64,000 nucleotides of DNA from a virus: positions 1 to 64,000 of IMG/VR virus record IMGVR_UViG_3300018059_000011; one strand, given 5' to 3'. Positions within the stretch are counted from its first letter, which is position 1, and every line of letters begins with the position of its first letter. Below are positions 43,482 through 56,237 of this stretch, one piece after another. Both the position numbers and the translations under genes were made by a program. The notes under the pieces are model-generated. The model worked only from the letters and a program-made list of their open reading frames with translations. It made no database searches and was not told the origin of the DNA.

Positions 43482-45367
43482 TGGCTAACGATCTTGCGCT
43501 CCCCCAAGTCGCGGCCAATCAGAATCAAAAGGAAGTCACCATAAACAGCGCCACCGAACAACTTGGTGGCGCGGTGTCCGATGAACTCGCCGTCGATTTG
43601 ACCTCTGGCAACGTCACGCTGTCATCCACCAACTATCGCAAGTACGTCGCCTTCGTGTGCTCGGGAAACTCGGTTGCTCGCAATCTCACGTTTCCAACCG
43701 TCAAGCGTGGGCTTGTCATCGTCGTTAATAATGGTTCGGCGACGATGCACGTCGTCAAGGGCTCGACCTCGCTGCCGGTCATCGCCGGGGCTTCGTCCAT
43801 GTTCCAGACGGACGGCACTACGGATGGCCTCGTCGAGTTGCAAGCTGCCGGTAACGGCAGCGGCGCCTCCGTTGCGTGGCGCGGCGCGTGGTCCGGCGCG
43901 ACCACCTATGAGCCCAACGATCTCACGCAGGATGGCGGCTCCACGTACATCTGCATTCTCGAACATACGAACCAAGAGCCTCCCAACGGCACGTATTGGG
44001 AACTTTTCGCCTCGAAGGGCGACACCGGCCCGACTGGGGCCACGGGTCCGACCGGGGCTACGGGTGCGACTGGGGCGACCGGCGCGTTCGGCGGCGCCGT
44101 CGCCATCGAGTATGAGTTTTCGACCACGACTGCGGATGCCGATCCCGGCAACGGCTTCCTGCGTCTGGATAATGCCACGCAGTTGAGCGCGACTACGATT
44201 CGCGCCGACTTGCTCGATTTCAACGGTGCGACCGTCACCAACATTTTGGATGTGTTTGACGATAGCACCAGCGCCGTCAACGGCTTCATTCGCCTCGTCA
44301 AGAAGTCGGACCCCACGAAGTTTATTCTCTTCTCGGTCGGCACCGTAGCGACCCCCGCTGGCTACCGCAATATCTCTGTCAATGAGGTCGCGGCGTCTGG
44401 CGCCGATCCTTTCGCTGATACCGACATCATCGTCTTGGAGTTCACGGCCAACGGCGACAAGGGCGACACCGGAGCGACCGGCGCCACGGGTTCGTCTGGC
44501 GGCCTCGGCACTACGGGCTTGCCCGGAGGTTCCGTTACCATCGAATATACATTCTCGACCACTACCTCTGATGCCGATCCCGGCGCTGGAAATTTGCGAC
44601 TCAACAATTCGACGCAGGCATCAGCCACCAAGATTTTCGCCGATCTGCTCAATGACAACGGCGACGACTATACTGATCTGCTCGACACCCTCGATGCCAG
44701 CACCAATACGGTGAAGGGCGAAATCAAGCTTGTTAACAAGGCTGACTTCCGAAAGTTTATCATCTTCAACATGACGGCGCGGACAACCGCGACCGGCTAT
44801 CGTAAGTTGGACATCACCGAGATTGCGACTTCGGGCGTCGATCCCCTTGTCAACGACGACACTATCTATCTCGTGTTCACGCGCGCTGGCGACAAAGGCG
44901 CGACGGGGGCCACGGGCGCGACCGGCGCGACCGGCGCGGGTGTCCCGACCGCCGGGTCCGCGCATCAAGTTCTGCGGAAGATCGACGGCACAGACTACAA
45001 TACTGAATGGGCCGATCAGATTTACGACTTCGGCTTCTTCGCTGGCGGAAAGCCGGACACCGCTGAAATCGTTTTCAGGTACGTCGCTACTCGTGCTTTT
45101 CGGTTGCCATCGGCTCTTACGGGGTCGCAGTTCAATATCGGAACGAATCCGGCTGCGACCATGACGTGGACGATTAAGAAGAATGGATCGTCCGCATCTG
45201 GTTCCGGCGGCACCGTCGCATTCTCCACAAGCGGCACCCCAACGGTTACGTTTGCGGCAGACTCCGATTTTGCAGCCGGGGACATCCTCGAAGTGGACGC
45301 GCCGGGGTCACAAGATTCGACCGGCGCCGACATCTTCTTTGGCTTCCTCGCCAACTTGGTCCAGTAA
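43481..45367 (+). CDS. Tail fibre protein 1 (collagen-like repeats)
   Basis: N-terminal LPQVAANQNQKEVTIN anchor; GxT repeats; two ~120-aa [10 protein letters not shown] modules. Confidence 0.85.
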   Translation: MANDLALPQVAANQNQKEVTINSATEQLGGAVSDELAVDLTSGNVTLSSTNYRKYVAFVCSGNSVARNLTFPTVKRGLVIVVNNGSATMHVVKGSTSLPVIAGASSMFQTDGTTDGLVELQAAGNGSGASVAWRGAWSGATTYEPNDLTQDGGSTYICILEHTNQEPPNGTYWELFASKGDTGPTGATGPTGATGATGATGAFGGAVAIEYEFSTTTADADPGNGFLRLDNATQLSATTIRADLLDFNGATVTNILDVFDDSTSAVNGFIRLVKKSDPTKFILFSVGTVATPAGYRNISVNEVAASGADPFADTDIIVLEFTANGDKGDTGATGATGSSGGLGTTGLPGGSVTIEYTFSTTTSDADPGAGNLRLNNSTQASATKIFADLLNDNGDDYTDLLDTLDASTNTVKGEIKLVNKADFRKFIIFNMTARTTATGYRKLDITEIATSGVDPLVNDDTIYLVFTRAGDKGATGATGATGATGAGVPTAGSAHQVLRKIDGTDYNTEWADQIYDFGFFAGGKPDTAEIVFRYVATRAFRLPSALTGSQFNIGTNPAATMTWTIKKNGSSASGSGGTVAFSTSGTPTVTFAADSDFAAGDILEVDAPGSQDSTGADIFFGFLANLVQ

Positions 45368-45379
45368 AGGGGTAGCGTT

Positions 45380-46117
45380 ATGGTACAGAAGTTCACGGTC
45401 AAATGTGGTGAAGCCTGGATGTTGGCCCAGGCCCACGGCAAGACCGATCCATTCGATAATCTCATTGAAGATGCCGTCTTCGATGTCAGCGATGAGTTCC
45501 TGTTCGAGAACACCGACGAGAACGTCGCCGAGATCATCAAGCGCAATCCCGATTGGTGGGGCTCTCCGTCGAAGCTGAGGCGTAGTGCCGAGCGCTATCT
45601 CGCGTGCATGAAGTTCAATCTCTACCTGAAGGCCGACATCCTCGACGGCGATCCCAAAAAGCTGAAGACCTTCGAGTCGTTGAAGGACGCGACGCTCGAC
45701 AAGATGAATGAGACTACGCACATTCCGAATACCTGCCACGGCAACGGCCCGGCAGACGGCCACGCTTGCGTGCGGACCTATGTTTGGCATCGTGACAGCG
45801 ATGCCGATGCCCGCGTGCATCATGACCACCGGATTCACCACAAATGTAAGAACCATCGCCATCTCGATGACGAGCGGTGCCACGCGCAGATTCAGCACGA
45901 AGGTCGTCACATGAGCAATGTGCTGATCGCCGCCGAACAGATGTTCGGGACTCCGGTTGGTGAGTTCCATTTTAAGTTCAACGCGAATCGTGAACTTGAG
46001 GTCAGCCATTCGCGTTTGACGGCGGCGGGGATGGATAAGCTCCAGAAGCATGTGCGGGCCACCTATCCGAATACGCCGACGCATGTGAAGCCGCACCCCA
46101 TCCACAAAGAGGAGTAA
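45380..46117 (+). CDS. His/Cys-rich hypothetical protein
   Basis: 245 aa; C-terminal half rich in His and Cys. Confidence 0.7.
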   Translation: MVQKFTVKCGEAWMLAQAHGKTDPFDNLIEDAVFDVSDEFLFENTDENVAEIIKRNPDWWGSPSKLRRSAERYLACMKFNLYLKADILDGDPKKLKTFESLKDATLDKMNETTHIPNTCHGNGPADGHACVRTYVWHRDSDADARVHHDHRIHHKCKNHRHLDDERCHAQIQHEGRHMSNVLIAAEQMFGTPVGEFHFKFNANRELEVSHSRLTAAGMDKLQKHVRATYPNTPTHVKPHPIHKEE

Positions 46118-46123
46118 TATCCT

Positions 46124-47380
46124 GTGGGTGGAACGTCAGCCATCTTTGGTTTCTCTCGGCCAGGCCTTAGTTCCATAACGACCGGCGGCACGTCTCGCTA
46201 CTGGCCGCTCGGTGGTAACGGGTTTGGCTCTGCCAGCACGACCGAAGCTCTTGGTCAGATGTATTTCTATTCCAACGGAACGCTGAAGAATCTCGGTATT
46301 ACCATAACCACGAATACCTACACCCTCACATTCACCAGCCGGATCAATGGGGGCGCCGGGGCTCAGTCTATTTCGCAGACGGGCACTGGGCATTTTTCCG
46401 ATTCCTCGAATATGGATTCGGTTACGTCCGGCCAGAATGTATACATCAAGGCAGTGACTAGCGATGGCTCCCATACGGTCACCATTGCCGGTGGCGAAGT
46501 CGAGTTCAAAGCCAGCACTGGCAGCGGTAATCCGTTCTGCTTTAGCTCCAGCAGCTATACGGTTCCTGTCGAATACCAGTCGGGAGCGGGTTCGTTGTCG
46601 GCATTCGCGCCGCTGTACGGTGGCGCCCAGAACACAACGCCATCTCCCACGGAAACGAAACTGGCAGATACCAAGTTGCGGGTATCCGGTACACTTCAGC
46701 GTTATCAGACTTACGTGCTGGTGAATACCCGAACGGTTGCCTGCTCGGTTACTTCTCGAAAGAGCACTACCGATCAGAATCAATCGGTCTCGATCCCGAA
46801 CACCGGGGCCACGGGATATTTCGAGGATAGCAGCAACACCGATACCGTGTCGGGTGGCGACATCTGGAAGTACCATTTGAACGTTACCACCGGCACCGGG
46901 ACGCTTGGTCTTGCATGGATGGGATGCTGGTTCACGACGACCAATCATCAGTTCGATGTAGGATGCGGATGGGATAAAACTGTTGCGTCTATTTCTACTT
47001 CGGTTGACAATTTCTACCCGATTTCTGGCTACGGGGACTCTACAACGACTGAGGCCAATGTCAAGCAAGTGGCGATGTTCGATTTCACCGCCGGGAATCT
47101 TCGTTGCACGGTCCCGACAAATTCCTCTGGGACTACGGTAACGGCGGCACTGTCGATCAATGGTTCTGCTGGGACTATGGCCCTGAGCATCACCAATGCT
47201 GTTATCGGAGATTTTGAGGACAGCAGCAATCAAGACAGCATCACCGCGACGGAGACGCTCGCATTTAGGCATGGGCCGCCGAACAATTCCAGCTGGATCA
47301 TCTCCAACATCACGATGACCGGCGATCCCGGCGCTGCCCCACATCGCAAGCGCCGCATCTATTGGTCTCAAGGTGGGTAA
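46124..47380 (+). CDS. Ser/Thr/Gly-rich virion protein with three internal repeats
   Basis: TG.F.DSSN.D.V/I motif occurs three times. Confidence 0.7.
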   Translation: MGGTSAIFGFSRPGLSSITTGGTSRYWPLGGNGFGSASTTEALGQMYFYSNGTLKNLGITITTNTYTLTFTSRINGGAGAQSISQTGTGHFSDSSNMDSVTSGQNVYIKAVTSDGSHTVTIAGGEVEFKASTGSGNPFCFSSSSYTVPVEYQSGAGSLSAFAPLYGGAQNTTPSPTETKLADTKLRVSGTLQRYQTYVLVNTRTVACSVTSRKSTTDQNQSVSIPNTGATGYFEDSSNTDTVSGGDIWKYHLNVTTGTGTLGLAWMGCWFTTTNHQFDVGCGWDKTVASISTSVDNFYPISGYGDSTTTEANVKQVAMFDFTAGNLRCTVPTNSSGTTVTAALSINGSAGTMALSITNAVIGDFEDSSNQDSITATETLAFRHGPPNNSSWIISNITMTGDPGAAPHRKRRIYWSQGG

Positions 47381-47384
47381 GGTC

Positions 47385-47762
47385 ATGGGAAAACATCACC
47401 GGCATTACGATCCGACCGGCCATTATTTCGAGGGCGGAAACCTCTTCGAGAGGATTCTTCGGTTCTTCAACCTGCTTGAGCCCAAGCAAATGGTGCTCTC
47501 GGTTTCCAAGATTGCGGTCTACTCCACACTCGGGTTGGTATTCTATGCTGTCAAGGCCGGACCCGGCAATATCGAGTTGGCGATGACCGCCCTTGCGGGT
47601 TTGGGGGTTAGCACGGTAAACTATGGGTATCGGCGGTACATGCAGTACCAGGAAGGGAATGGCCCGTATCCGACTCCGGCCAAAACTGACCAGCAGCCGC
47701 CCGATGACGTAGCTGATGCTGCCATGCGCGAGCTTGGAAAAGGTGGACCGAACAATGAGTAA
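47385..47762 (+). CDS. Two-TM membrane protein
   Basis: Two hydrophobic helices; NYGYRRY; start 47373 or 47385. Confidence 0.65.
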   Translation: MGKHHRHYDPTGHYFEGGNLFERILRFFNLLEPKQMVLSVSKIAVYSTLGLVFYAVKAGPGNIELAMTALAGLGVSTVNYGYRRYMQYQEGNGPYPTPAKTDQQPPDDVADAAMRELGKGGPNNE

Positions 47763-48342
47763 GACGGGATTTGCCAAAGGGGCGGGACCGGCCATTTCGG
47801 GCGACGCGCAAAATTTGGCCGCCGGGCTCCGGCGTTTGGACAAGGTGCTCACGGGCACCGGCAAGGCGTATCTCAGCAAGGGCGATTGCAATCTCGATCC
47901 GTCCGTCATTCTCGACAACGCCCGTGTGCAGGTCGTTGGCGCGAACTCGGCGAACCGAACGCTTCATATCCCCTATGTGAATCGCGAAGTCATCTTCTCA
48001 AGCCATCCGAACAATCTCTTCGAGTTCGACATCGCCACCGACAAGATGACGATCTCGTTGAAGCCCGGCCAAAGTATCAAGGTGTTCATGGATGGCTTCG
48101 GCGGCATGGACGTGCTCGGCGGCTCTAGCGGCGGTGGCGGCCAGGGCCACGAAGGCAAGCGCGGTCCAGAGGGTCCACCCGGTAGACAGGGAGAACGTGG
48201 CGGCCAGGGCAATATCGGCCCGCGTGGTCCGCAAGGCAATCCCGGTCCAGCCGATCCGCGTTTCCAAATTCAGGACGGGCGTCTTCTGTTCGTTTCCGAC
48301 CAAGGAACCTTTGTGATCTCGGCGACGAAGCTCCCCGGCTAA
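47755..48342 (+). CDS. Collagen-repeat protein
   Basis: GKRGPEGPPGRQGERGGQGNIGPRGPQGNPGP. Confidence 0.7.
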   Translation: MSKTGFAKGAGPAISGDAQNLAAGLRRLDKVLTGTGKAYLSKGDCNLDPSVILDNARVQVVGANSANRTLHIPYVNREVIFSSHPNNLFEFDIATDKMTISLKPGQSIKVFMDGFGGMDVLGGSSGGGGQGHEGKRGPEGPPGRQGERGGQGNIGPRGPQGNPGPADPRFQIQDGRLLFVSDQGTFVISATKLPG

Positions 48343-48357
48343 GGAGGAGCCGTTGTC

Positions 48358-52341
<3,984 letters not shown>

Positions 52342-52438
52342 CTCAGCCAAAGGAGAACGGCACGAGTTGCAAATGTCAGTTGTTATAGATTAGGTTCACA
52401 TTCAGCACGATGATGTAATTCAACCAAGGAGAATGACT

Positions 52439-52740
52439 ATGACAAACTTCGCTTCAATCGCCGTGGAAATTCCGGAATACGGAATTGCCAGTGTCGTGGG
52501 CGGCGTGACTATCACATACCCTGTTATGCCTGTCGATGATACCCGCTACGGGAGTGTAGCGTGGGTGGGGTGCAAAATGCGTCTTTGATAGGTTTTACTG
52601 GCGTCGAGCGCAGGCTCGCTATTTTCGTGGGCGGCGGTTATGTGATGGCGACTCCGGCGGCAATCGAAGACAAGATGGGCGGCGGTTCTCTCGGCACCGT
52701 GGTCCTTCCTACAGGATGGACTCTGCTCGCGATCATGTAA
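52439..52740 (+). pseudogene. Frameshifted small gene (49-aa ORF continued in the -1 frame)
   Basis: RBS AAGGAG; frame 1 stops at 52588; the -1 frame from around GTGGGGTG (52565-52572) reads VQNASLIGFTG...TLLAIM* to 52740. Confidence 0.45.
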
Positions 52741-52772
52741 ATGGCGCCGATTACCGGGCATTCTCCGTAAGG

Positions 52773-52813
52773 TTGCATATATGAGTCACAAAGGCGCATA
52801 ATGACTCGTATAT
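52773..52813 (+). promoter_or_regulatory. Endolysin promoter with overlapping inverted repeat
   Basis: TTGCAT-N18-CATAAT; inverted repeat ATATATGAGTCA/TGACTCGTATAT containing two GANTC sites. Confidence 0.6.
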
Positions 52814-52835
52814 AAGTCATTAGGAGGGAAGGCTC

Positions 52836-53414
52836 ATGAGTGATCGCATCGACCAGATGATCGCCGTCATCATCAAAAATGAAGGCGACAAGTACACGAA
52901 CATCCCCGGTGATAAGGGCGGGCCGACCAAGGACGGCATCACGTTGAAGTACGCGCATGGTGTCGGTTTCATCTCGATGGACCTCGATCACGACGGGGAT
53001 GTAGACGAGCGTGACATCATGCTTGTCACTGCCGAACTCGCGGCGACGCTTTATCGACATGACTTCTTCGAGGCGCCGAGGATCAGTAGACTGCCCGTCG
53101 AACTCCAGCCGCAGGTCTTCGATACCGCTGTGAACTCGGGGCCGCCCCGTTCGATTCAGATGCTTCAGCGCACGCTTGGCAAACTCGGCTATCGCACCGA
53201 TGTCGATGGCGTTATCGGCCCGGAAGTCATCTCCAAGGCCAATGCCGCTTGCACTGCTCTCGGCTGGGCCGTCGTCAACGATGCGGTCGTGGACACGCGC
53301 AAAGAGTTCTATCGCGTCATCGTCAAGATGGACCCATCGCAACAGAAGTTCATTCACGGCTGGATCAATCGCGCCGAGTCCTGGTATGTGGACAAGAGAA
53401 AAATCGGCTCATAA
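52836..53414 (+). CDS. Endolysin, glycoside hydrolase 108 with peptidoglycan-binding domain
   Basis: EG.KY...PGDKGGPTK.GIT; FDTAVNSGP...LQR; VDGVIGP; F..GW.NR. Confidence 0.92.
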   Translation: MSDRIDQMIAVIIKNEGDKYTNIPGDKGGPTKDGITLKYAHGVGFISMDLDHDGDVDERDIMLVTAELAATLYRHDFFEAPRISRLPVELQPQVFDTAVNSGPPRSIQMLQRTLGKLGYRTDVDGVIGPEVISKANAACTALGWAVVNDAVVDTRKEFYRVIVKMDPSQQKFIHGWINRAESWYVDKRKIGS

Positions 53415-53503
53415 TCTGGGCCGGAAGGTCGGGGTTGCCGATTGCCTTCCCGTGGGGCTATAATGGTGTTCTGAGCAAATCTCCGCAACGGAAGGACAGT
53501 ATC

Positions 53504-53689
53504 ATGGCCGATGTCAAGAAGGTAGTCGCCGATGTTTCCGCGAAGGCCGACTCCGCAGAGTCCAAGGTCGAAGCCGCGACCGGCATCAAGGGTTCGTCCG
53601 GGAATTGGTTCTCGGCGCATCCGGCGTTGCTTGTTATCGTGGGCCTCGTGGTTGTCGCCCTCGTCGTCCTCAAGGCGTGCGTGGGTTAA
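53504..53689 (+). CDS. Small single-TM protein (possible holin or antiholin)
   Basis: RBS AAGGA; C-terminal TM helix; promoter TTGCCG-N18-TATAAT at 53435-53464. Confidence 0.6.
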   Translation: MADVKKVVADVSAKADSAESKVEAATGIKGSSGNWFSAHPALLVIVGLVVVALVVLKACVG

Positions 53690-53713
53690 GGCCCACGTCA
53701 CAGGATTCGTCCG

Positions 53714-54112
53714 ATGAGCATTATCTCCGGTGGCCTGAGTCTTCTCACTGGTGGGGCGTCGTTCCTCAGTGGTGCGAAGTATTGGGTAATCGCCCTGGCC
53801 CTGGCTACGGCAATCGCCGGAGCCGCAGGCTACTACAAGGGATACACCAAAGCTACCGGCATTGCCGAGGACAAGCTCGTAGCCGCCCAGATGGAGATGT
53901 ACAACAAGGGCGTCACTGCCCAGAAGAATTTCAGCGATCACCAGTTCGAGGTCGCGTCCAAGGACTTTAGCACCCGACTCGCCGCTCTCCAGAAGCAGAA
54001 GCAGAAGGTCATCACCATCACCGAGACGCTGCATGATCTCGTGCCGCAGGTCGCGGCCTGCACGGTGTCGCCAGCGGCGATGAAGGCCCTCAACGACGTG
54101 GTGACCGAATAA
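53714..54112 (+). CDS. Inner-membrane spanin (Rz-like)
   Basis: N-terminal TM, coiled coil, C-terminal Cys; precedes a lipoprotein. Confidence 0.75.
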   Translation: MSIISGGLSLLTGGASFLSGAKYWVIALALATAIAGAAGYYKGYTKATGIAEDKLVAAQMEMYNKGVTAQKNFSDHQFEVASKDFSTRLAALQKQKQKVITITETLHDLVPQVAACTVSPAAMKALNDVVTE

Positions 54113-54417
54113 TGAACGCGAAATGGTATCTCCGGTTTATCGCGATCATGTCGTTCATGACGATGCTGACGGCTTGCGCGTCCACGCCCGATATTCCGTT
54201 GCCGCTGCCTCCGCAGTTGTGCAAACCCGCATCCGATCTCGTGGCGCCGAAGCATCTCAAGCGCGTCCCCGAAGTCGCGACCGAGAACGATCAGTTCTAC
54301 TCGTTGTTCTTGATGGAACGCGCCGATCACGCCACGGACATCAAGGACTTCAATTCGTTGCTGCGGACCTGCGTCGATTCGACTTTGCCCGAGCACATTC
54401 CCGTTTTCGCCGATTAA
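54112..54417 (+). CDS. Outer-membrane spanin lipoprotein (Rz1-like)
   Basis: Lipobox LTAC followed by a Pro-rich segment. Confidence 0.78.
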   Translation: MNAKWYLRFIAIMSFMTMLTACASTPDIPLPLPPQLCKPASDLVAPKHLKRVPEVATENDQFYSLFLMERADHATDIKDFNSLLRTCVDSTLPEHIPVFAD

Positions 54418-54429
54418 AGGACTACGCCC

Positions 54430-54696
54430 GTGGCCGACGACATCAATTTTGAAGTACAGCGCACCCTCGGTCGTCTCGAAGGCGGACAGGAACAGATTCT
54501 TGACGAACTCAAGCGGTTGCGTGTGGACTTCAACGGCCATGTTGAGGCCGATGACAAACGCTTTGGCCGGATCGACGCTGATCGCAATAAGGCCAAGGGT
54601 GCGGGCTGGGCCATCCTCGGCATCTTCTCTGCGTGCATCACCTTCGTCGGCAGCGCCGTCCTCGCGGTATTCGAGGGCTGGGTGAAGTTCCACTAA
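54430..54696 (+). CDS. Coiled-coil plus C-terminal TM protein (holin-like)
   Basis: LGRLEG...AKGAGWAILG TM; located in the lysis cassette. Confidence 0.6.
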   Translation: MADDINFEVQRTLGRLEGGQEQILDELKRLRVDFNGHVEADDKRFGRIDADRNKAKGAGWAILGIFSACITFVGSAVLAVFEGWVKFH

Positions 54697-54783
54697 TGCG
54701 CGGCCTCCTCCGACAGCGACAATAAGACATATCCGATAATCTTCGCAGCTTTCGATAAGCTATGCCTTATCGCGACGCTTCGC

Positions 54784-54857
54784 TGGGGATTCGTCCAACG
54801 GTAGGACTCCGGGCTCTGAACCCGGCAATGCAGATTCGACTTCTGTGTCCCTAGCTA
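54784..54857 (+). tRNA. tRNA-Gln(CTG), 3' end CTA instead of CCA
   Basis: Acceptor TGGGGAT/GTCCCTA, G73; anticodon CCGGG-CT-CTG-AA-CCCGG; T-arm GCAGA-TTCGACT-TCTGT. Confidence 0.88.
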
Positions 54858-55187
54858 AGCGCCGTACTTCTCATTCCAATGAAATTTGCGATGGCAGTTT
54901 GAGCACAAAACATCGCACTTTGCGATCTCTGCGAGGATACTGGGTTTTCCTCTACCAGCGAGAACACCGTGCGTAATATCGAAAAGTTTGGAGAATGGAT
55001 CACGGTGATGGAAGTCCAAGCAGGCCGGATGCGATTCGGGGCAATGCGAGCATTTCAACTTAGCCCTCAACGCCTCGAACCATTCACGGATTTCTATTTT
55101 TCGGCTCCTGATTCTTTTGACCTCTGATACCCGATTACGAGCGTACCATCGGTTTTGGGCCTGAAGTTGTTTCGACCGATCTCTCAT
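54855..55187 (-). CDS. HNH homing endonuclease (family A)
   Basis: CSHCPESHPACLDFHH...EIAKCDVLCSNCHR; leaderless promoter TTGACT-N17-TATCTT-N7-ATG. Confidence 0.85.
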   Translation of the reverse strand: MRDRSKQLQAQNRWYARNRVSEVKRIRSRKIEIREWFEALRAKLKCSHCPESHPACLDFHHRDPFSKLFDITHGVLAGRGKPSILAEIAKCDVLCSNCHRKFHWNEKYGA

Positions 55188-55223
55188 GGCCCAAAAGATA
55201 GCCCATTCGTACCCTTAAGTCAA

Positions 55224-55254
55224 GTCCGAATCCTGTGTCCCCAGCCAAGCGCCG
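55224..55254 (+). repeat. Duplicate of the tRNA-Gln 3' end (with CCA)
   Basis: GTCCGAATCCTGTGTCCCCAGCCAAGCGCCG; 25/31 identical to 54834-54864. Confidence 0.85.
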
Positions 55255-55396
55255 CGATAACATATACGTTGTCGTCTTCACGGCTTTTGATAACGCAGAT
55301 GTTGTCGGTGTCGCCGCCGTTATACTCACTTCGTCCATTTGCGGGTATAGCGGCCCCGTATCCGAATCTGGCCTCTTTGTGTCCTGATTAGCTTAT

Positions 55397-55660
55397 GGTG
55401 CTGTGCGGTTGCAAGTCTTTGGTGTCGTGCGGTTGCAAGTCTTTTGTGTTTCCCGAGCGGGGTCATTTCTCACTATCCCGTATCTCAGGGACGCGAAAGT
55501 TCCCGAGCGGGATCAAATTTGGCCGGTTGTTTGGCCGGTTCCATGTCCGGTTTGAGAAATGCGCTAAAGGCGTAGTCTGGCTACGCTTTCGGGGCATCTT
55601 CCTAAACCGGGTGTCCGGTAGAATGTCCGCTTTTGGCCGGTTCTTTGGCGGTTCATCGAC
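55397..55660. repeat. Cluster of short direct repeats in the convergent intergenic region
   Basis: 24-bp tandem 55397-55444; TTCCCGAGCGGG at 55450 and 55500; TTTGGCCGGTT at 55518, 55530 and 55632. Confidence 0.7.
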
Positions 55661-55790
55661 ACGTCCGGGCGTCATGTCGTCGGCGACGACATCAGAGGCT
55701 CTAGGAAGGCCGCTGGCGGGCTCCATTTTTGGGATGGACCACGCGCCGGGGACGGGCCGGACCCAGCCACGGCCCGGCTCTGCCTGGGTT

Positions 55791-56237
55791 TCAGACCTTC
55801 TTGACCATCTTCCAGGCGGCGATCCCGTCGTCGTAGTAGTCCTTGATGGTCTTGGCCCGGTAGAAGCCGTACCGGCGGTAAAAGCGGATGCCCTGGTCAT
55901 TGGTTGCGTTGACGTGCAGGCTCACGTCCTGGTGCCCCCAGCGCCGGGCGCAGGCCACAGCCTGATCCATGAGCCGCTGGCCCCAGCCTGTACCCTGAGT
56001 TTGCCGGGCGACCGCGAGGTTGGCAACATAGGTGCCGATCCCGTGCTTGCCCGAGTTCTCGACAAAGATGTATCCCCGGATGCTGCCGCGCTCGTTAACG
56101 AGCACGTACCGGCGTTGGTTGACGGGGTAGCACCGCATCGACGCCCACGATTGCGGGTCGGGGAACGTCAAGTCCAGGCGATGGACCGCCATTGCGTCGC
56201 GCTTATGGAATGCTCTGATACGAAGTTGTTCGGTCAC
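55791..56237 (-). CDS. GNAT acetyltransferase (RimI-like)
   Basis: VANLAV....QGTGWG..L; LHVNATN..GIRFY.RYGF....IKDYY. Confidence 0.88.
   Translation of the reverse strand: MTEQLRIRAFHKRDAMAVHRLDLTFPDPQSWASMRCYPVNQRRYVLVNERGSIRGYIFVENSGKHGIGTYVANLAVARQTQGTGWGQRLMDQAVACARRWGHQDVSLHVNATNDQGIRFYRRYGFYRAKTIKDYYDDGIAAWKMVKKV

Noticed and set aside
52790-52817. dif/XerCD-like site (GCGCATAA-N6-...)
   Set aside because: The XerC-like arm matches partly, but the XerD arm matches only about 5/11; better explained as a promoter plus palindrome
55397-55660. CRISPR array
   Set aside because: Repeats are short, of several families and lack regular unique spacers; no cas genes
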